A stretch of DNA of 17,266 bases from the IMG/VR virus record IMGVR_UViG_3300020577_002861, one strand, 5' to 3'. The translations under genes and the position numbers were made by a program. This stretch comes from a virus. Below the pieces are notes generated by a model. The model had not been told where the DNA came from and searched no databases. It worked only from the letters and a program-made list of their open reading frames with translations. Shown here piece after piece: positions 12,783 to 17,266 of the stretch; the first letter of the stretch is position 1; each line of letters begins with the position of its first letter.

Positions 12783-13105
12783 TGACTTTTAATTACTAAA
12801 GCTAATATAGCACCAACAACTGCCGTTATCAATAACCCACCGACTATGTTAAAAATCCTCTGAAATGGTGCCAGTTCTCGCTGTAAGTTTTCTATTCCAT
12901 TTCTCAAATCTTTTTCTAATAATTGTGTCATTGTCCTTAGTCCTATCAATTCTCCTTTTAATCCCTCTACCTCTTTTTTAATGGCGACCAATTCAACATT
13001 AGTGGCGACTATTTGTAACTTAATGTCTGTTAATGTTTCTTTTAGCTTATCTACATCATTTTGTATTTCTACCATCTCTATATTATTCGTTGTTTTCTTG
13101 GTCAT
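12779..13105 (-). CDS. XhlA-like lysis-associated membrane protein (N-terminal coiled coil, C-terminal TM)
   Basis: 108 aa with a heptad-rich N-terminus and a C-terminal TM segment (IFNIVGGLLITAVVGAILALVI). The architecture and the position beside the holin and lysin match the XhlA family. Confidence 0.45.
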   Translation of the reverse strand: MTKKTTNNIEMVEIQNDVDKLKETLTDIKLQIVATNVELVAIKKEVEGLKGELIGLRTMTQLLEKDLRNGIENLQRELAPFQRIFNIVGGLLITAVVGAILALVIKSQ

Positions 13106-13159
13106 TATGCTTGTTTAAAAAATCATTGTATTAAGTTACTACATATCCGTCCCTCCTGT

Positions 13160-14998
13160 CTATGCAGTATTGAAAACTATCCCGTCTAAACTAATCCATG
13201 CGGTACTACCAACCTGAGCCGTAACGGCTCCTGCCGATGTAATTCTCACCTGTCCATAAAGATCATTAGAAGAAACCGTAAATATCCATTGCTCAGTTGG
13301 TCTAAATCCCGTAGGAAGCGTAAAAATAGTAGCGTTATATGCCGATCCGTTTTTTACCAATCCCCTAAGATGTACGAACCCCATACTATCTTTCATGTAT
13401 CCACAGGTTGTATACCCACTACCATAGTTAACCCAACTATTAGAGAAAGTAGGTGCTGTCCAAGAAGGCTGTGCTACTTGCAATAGCCCACCTCTACTTG
13501 AATCGTAGGTTGTTCCTATTGCTATACCATCTTGTGTCCAGTCCATTAAAGGTACACCACGATCTAGCGTTCCCTCTAGTATAAATGACTCTAACTTATC
13601 ATAAATTCTAACTTCTATACTGTAGGACTTTGTAGTAGTAAACCCTGATCCGCCCAAGTCCCCATCAATATGGGCCGAGTAACTTAATGTTCCAGAGGTA
13701 TCTGTTAATGTTATAGAGTTCCATGACTGAGCAGCCCAAGAGGCCGTAGTTTCCTTGTATCTATAGTGGGCTGTTATCGTGTTCTGCACCCCTGCAACAC
13801 CACCTCCAAAGTAATTTTTCCAATAACTTCCAGCTACTACAAGGGTTGAAAGCGCGTCTATTCTATTATCCCTAGTAATTGTTACGGCTGATAAAACAGG
13901 TGTCGTATAGCTAACCATAGAAGTCACGCTTACTGGTGTAGCTGCTGTGGTTAATGCACGAGAGTCGTAAGCAGTCATTGTCGTTGCTACTGCTGTTACA
14001 TTATCAATGTCGATGTCTACCGTAGACCCTGCTGAGTAGTTACCGTCTGTTGCCTGTGAGCCATTACCAAACCTATACTTAACTGCCGTAGCACTGTTTA
14101 ATGCCACCATTTTATTGGCTGCCGTAATGGTTCCCCTAAGTTTAGAATACCCACTAATTATCTTTTGAGCAGAACCTGTTAAGGTGTTTGTATATGATGT
14201 CGCAAGTGCGTTTGCATATTTATCAGTAACGCTTATTGTCTTGTCTACAGAAGCTACTGTATATGTTGTAAATGTAGGGGCGTTAGTTGCTGGATTAACA
14301 GAGGTTGTTCCTGCCGTGTCTCTGTTCCCTCCTACCTGAACCGTATAACCAGCGTCTGAGTATGTCTGTATTCTTACATAGTTTGCCACCGATGTGACGC
14401 TAGTCATCTGAGCATACATTGCTGTGTCATAGGCCCCTCCTAGGGTTATCGTAGCACTTGACGTTTGTCCGTGATCCGTAGTTCTTATTAAGGTTGAGTT
14501 AACATAGAGGCTTGATCTGACATACATATTTCCAGGGTTAGAAAGCGTCAAAGCAAGGTTATTGCCTATTGTAAAATCGGTCGAACTAGTTACATAGGCT
14601 TCTCGTGGAATTGTGTACAAGGTTACCGTTGCTCCTGCGCTACCATTTTTAGGCCCATATCCCCCAGAGTTATTTAATGCCGTTCCAGAACTTATGTATA
14701 TTTGCTTTGTACCATCTGCATTGTGAGAAATTGTCTTCGCAACCGTTACTATCGCTATTGGTGTGGTTTCTGGGTTCATATCCAGGTATGTTGTAGCCGT
14801 AGCACTCGTTCCGTCTACCGTAATACTGTGGTTAGTTGCGTACCCTTCTGAGTTAATGGCGGTGCTGTATTTACGAACGTAAGCTGTAGCCGTAACATCT
14901 GAGGTATTATTTGCAATATTTACATTGTATTCTGACCATGTTATGTAATACTCATATCTACTTGACCATTGTTCTACGCTTCCTGTTATCGTTGCCAT
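13160..14998 (-). CDS. tail fiber / receptor-binding structural protein
   Basis: 612 aa, very rich in Thr/Ser/Ala/Gly and beta-like. It follows the upstream structural gene after 1 nt. Confidence 0.7.
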   Translation of the reverse strand: MATITGSVEQWSSRYEYYITWSEYNVNIANNTSDVTATAYVRKYSTAINSEGYATNHSITVDGTSATATTYLDMNPETTPIAIVTVAKTISHNADGTKQIYISSGTALNNSGGYGPKNGSAGATVTLYTIPREAYVTSSTDFTIGNNLALTLSNPGNMYVRSSLYVNSTLIRTTDHGQTSSATITLGGAYDTAMYAQMTSVTSVANYVRIQTYSDAGYTVQVGGNRDTAGTTSVNPATNAPTFTTYTVASVDKTISVTDKYANALATSYTNTLTGSAQKIISGYSKLRGTITAANKMVALNSATAVKYRFGNGSQATDGNYSAGSTVDIDIDNVTAVATTMTAYDSRALTTAATPVSVTSMVSYTTPVLSAVTITRDNRIDALSTLVVAGSYWKNYFGGGVAGVQNTITAHYRYKETTASWAAQSWNSITLTDTSGTLSYSAHIDGDLGGSGFTTTKSYSIEVRIYDKLESFILEGTLDRGVPLMDWTQDGIAIGTTYDSSRGGLLQVAQPSWTAPTFSNSWVNYGSGYTTCGYMKDSMGFVHLRGLVKNGSAYNATIFTLPTGFRPTEQWIFTVSSNDLYGQVRITSAGAVTAQVGSTAWISLDGIVFNTA

Positions 14999-14999
14999 T

Positions 15000-16148
15000 T
15001 TAGTTGTTTATAACAATATAAGCCCCTGTGCTAGTAGGGATAATTCTAAGTGCCTTAGCCGTATTATCGTATCTCTGTACTTGTAGCAAGTCCTGCACTA
15101 TTCCACTTGTTAATTTGGCACTATCTTTTGAAACCAACATCATTACTTTGTCGCTTCCACTTGAGGTGTCATAAACTGCCAAACTTGTATTGTCTAGCGT
15201 GCTTTTAAAAGGGTCAGTTAAACTTGTAATAGAAAATCCATCTTTGTCAAAAATGAAGTTAGCCCCGTATACCTCGTTAGGTGCTTGAATCCAACCATTA
15301 GTATCTCCCAATTTAAAGACTAAGTCACTAACCGTTATGTTCTCACTAGATCCGTTTTCTATTCTTATTGTCGTTGCAGTAGCAGTCGCAACCACTTGAT
15401 ATTTATAAGTAGTCCAGCTAGCACTTGTAGGAATATTAATAGTTCCTACAACTCCCGTTATTGTTAAATCTGAGGCAGCGTCACTAAAATATCTCATGTA
15501 AAACGTGTAGGTTCTTCCTATTGTTGTTCTTACTGTAGTTGTCAAATATTGGTTATGTAGAGCTATCCCACTCCCACTTTCTGTATGTATCTTTACGTCA
15601 CTTCCAGTGTCAATAGTTCCATTATTTCTTGAATCTACTAATACTGCGTCATCATCATAAATTTGCCATTCTCTAATATTTCCTTTTAATCCGCACGAGT
15701 TTTGTAAGGCGTTTACACCACCCGTTTGACTGACCGATAAGCTTAAGCTAGTAGCTGTCTGCTCAAGCGTGGTCACATCGTCTTGAATGGTAGTTATATT
15801 GCTTTCGTTTACATCAATCCTGTCTACGGCTGTGTTTACAGCACTTGTTAGTGCCTCTACAGAACTATTAATAGAATCGGCAGTTATGGTTATCAAAGCA
15901 CTAGTTTCGGTGATTGTATAATAGTTTTCGTCTAGGTCGGTAACAATAGAGCTTAGTTCCCCTTGCTGAGTACTTGTTGCCAGTTCAGAGTGAAGTATCC
16001 TTCTGTTTATTCCTCCTATGTTTATTTTCCAGTCACTTTTTATCTGTGGAGTAGAAGTGCCTAGCTCCATAGGTCTTTCGTTAAATAAATCTAAATCTGT
16101 TTTTACCTCGTTGACTTTTAATTCAACATTTTCATAACTTGTTGGCAT
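15000..16148 (-). CDS. tail fiber / tail-associated structural protein (N-terminal coiled coil, C-terminal beta-rich domain)
   Basis: 382 aa. Its ATG overlaps the upstream TAA by 1 nt (TAATG). Confidence 0.65.
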   Translation of the reverse strand: MPTSYENVELKVNEVKTDLDLFNERPMELGTSTPQIKSDWKINIGGINRRILHSELATSTQQGELSSIVTDLDENYYTITETSALITITADSINSSVEALTSAVNTAVDRIDVNESNITTIQDDVTTLEQTATSLSLSVSQTGGVNALQNSCGLKGNIREWQIYDDDAVLVDSRNNGTIDTGSDVKIHTESGSGIALHNQYLTTTVRTTIGRTYTFYMRYFSDAASDLTITGVVGTINIPTSASWTTYKYQVVATATATTIRIENGSSENITVSDLVFKLGDTNGWIQAPNEVYGANFIFDKDGFSITSLTDPFKSTLDNTSLAVYDTSSGSDKVMMLVSKDSAKLTSGIVQDLLQVQRYDNTAKALRIIPTSTGAYIVINN

Positions 16149-17266
16149 TATATTGTCCCTATATTTGTTGATCCTAATGCCCTTACATCTAGGCCTAGGT
16201 AGTAAAGAATCCAGTTACCAGCACCCCTTATTTCAATACTTAAGGACTTAAACTCTGGGTCTTCAAAGCCCGTTAATTGATGTCTATGCCATGAGTATCC
16301 AGCAGGGGTATCTGTAGTATTTGTCCAGTTAGTGTAGGTTGTAGCCCCATCCTTTGAATAGTTCACTTCTAGCCCTCCATTGTCAGAATATAGTTTTAGG
16401 TGTCCCCCCAGAATCTGTTTCTCTATCTCTGGGCCTAACGAACCCTTAACATTGCTGTAAGAGAACTCTAAATGCTTTGTTCTATAGAAAGACTCAACTG
16501 GGGTTCCATCGTCTGCGTAGACCCCGTCTACATCAATTTTGTACATCTTCCATGAGTCTCTTGAACCGACTACTAATTGTTCATTACCATTTCCATCAAT
16601 CCATGTTGTAAAGCTAGTTCCAGCCCCTATTGCAGGGTAGGTATCTGCCTTCCATGTGCCTTGTCTAAAATCGTAAACAAGTATCACGTCTTCCAATGTT
16701 TCTCCACCTGTAGTTCCACTTAAGTTTCCAACTGCTAAATAGTATTTATCGTCCAGTACACCAGCAGCAGCTATACTAAAGCCTGTTCCTGAAATCTTGT
16801 TAAATAGTCCCTCCCCAGTAAAACTGTTGTCAATAAGTCTTGATATTTTAACTGGATAAGACTCTCCTTCCGAATATCTAAAAATACCCTGTCTACCTAG
16901 CCAGAAAGCGTTTCCCTGGTTAACCTGCAAGGTTCTATGTGCACTACATCCAAATCCAAACTTCTTTCTTAATGCGTTTGTTTCTGTATCAAAAATATAC
17001 ATTGATTCTCCATCGTGGGCGATTATTGGTGCGCTCTCTCCAAGACTCTTGATTGCAGTTCCTGGCATATCTAAATCAGCCCAGTTATCACCAACCCTAA
17101 AAGTGTCCCCATCCCAAGTCTCGTCTATTGTAGTATCTAGGGTAACAGTAGTTACACTCACATAGGCAAGTATAGAGGCCTCCGTATGATCTGCGAGGTT
17201 ATATACCTTTTTCCCTACATGAGCAGCTGTAAACAAGTTTGCACTTGATACTAGCGAGGTTCCCGT
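16148..17266 (-). CDS. virion structural (tail/baseplate-like) protein, 5'-truncated by the window end
   Basis: The frame stays open from the track's TTG at 17236 up to 17266 with no stop, so the true start lies outside the window. The sequence is rich in Gly/Ser/Thr/Asp/Trp and beta-like. Confidence 0.65.
   Translation of the reverse strand, partial: TGTSLVSSANLFTAAHVGKKVYNLADHTEASILAYVSVTTVTLDTTIDETWDGDTFRVGDNWADLDMPGTAIKSLGESAPIIAHDGESMYIFDTETNALRKKFGFGCSAHRTLQVNQGNAFWLGRQGIFRYSEGESYPVKISRLIDNSFTGEGLFNKISGTGFSIAAAGVLDDKYYLAVGNLSGTTGGETLEDVILVYDFRQGTWKADTYPAIGAGTSFTTWIDGNGNEQLVVGSRDSWKMYKIDVDGVYADDGTPVESFYRTKHLEFSYSNVKGSLGPEIEKQILGGHLKLYSDNGGLEVNYSKDGATTYTNWTNTTDTPAGYSWHRHQLTGFEDPEFKSLSIEIRGAGNWILYYLGLDVRALGSTNIGTI

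Overview
The window is AT-rich and looks like part of a phage or prophage genome. Every convincing gene is on the minus strand, in two blocks. The first block (17266 down to 11036) is a late module. It holds three large Ser/Thr-rich tail or receptor-binding structural proteins with overlapping start and stop codons. These are followed by a four-gene lysis cassette: an XhlA-like membrane protein with a coiled coil and a C-terminal TM segment, a signal-anchored membrane protein, an M23 metallopeptidase lysin, and a three-TM holin. A structured non-coding gap of about 670 nt follows (11035 to 10362). It is more GC-rich than its surroundings and carries three tandem intrinsic terminators, duplicated sigma70-like promoter-like elements, inverted repeats, and a candidate non-coding transcript of about 225 nt. 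The second block (10361 down to 1) is an early or accessory module of about 30 small genes. It includes a replisome-organizer-like initiator whose linker contains iteron-like tandem repeats, which is a putative ori. It also includes an ERF single-strand annealing protein with a PD-(D/E)xK exonuclease partner, a winged-HTH regulator, three small HNH-type nucleases (two of them tandem paralogs) plus small Cys/Zn-binding proteins, and a DNA-binding protein with homing-endonuclease-like helical repeats. A 14-nt motif, ATTTTACTTATTAT, recurs at nearly fixed spacing upstream of four start codons. Shine-Dalgarno sequences are mostly absent. No rRNA, tRNA, CRISPR array, integrase or transposase was recognised. 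All functional calls are motif- or architecture-based and were not checked against databases.
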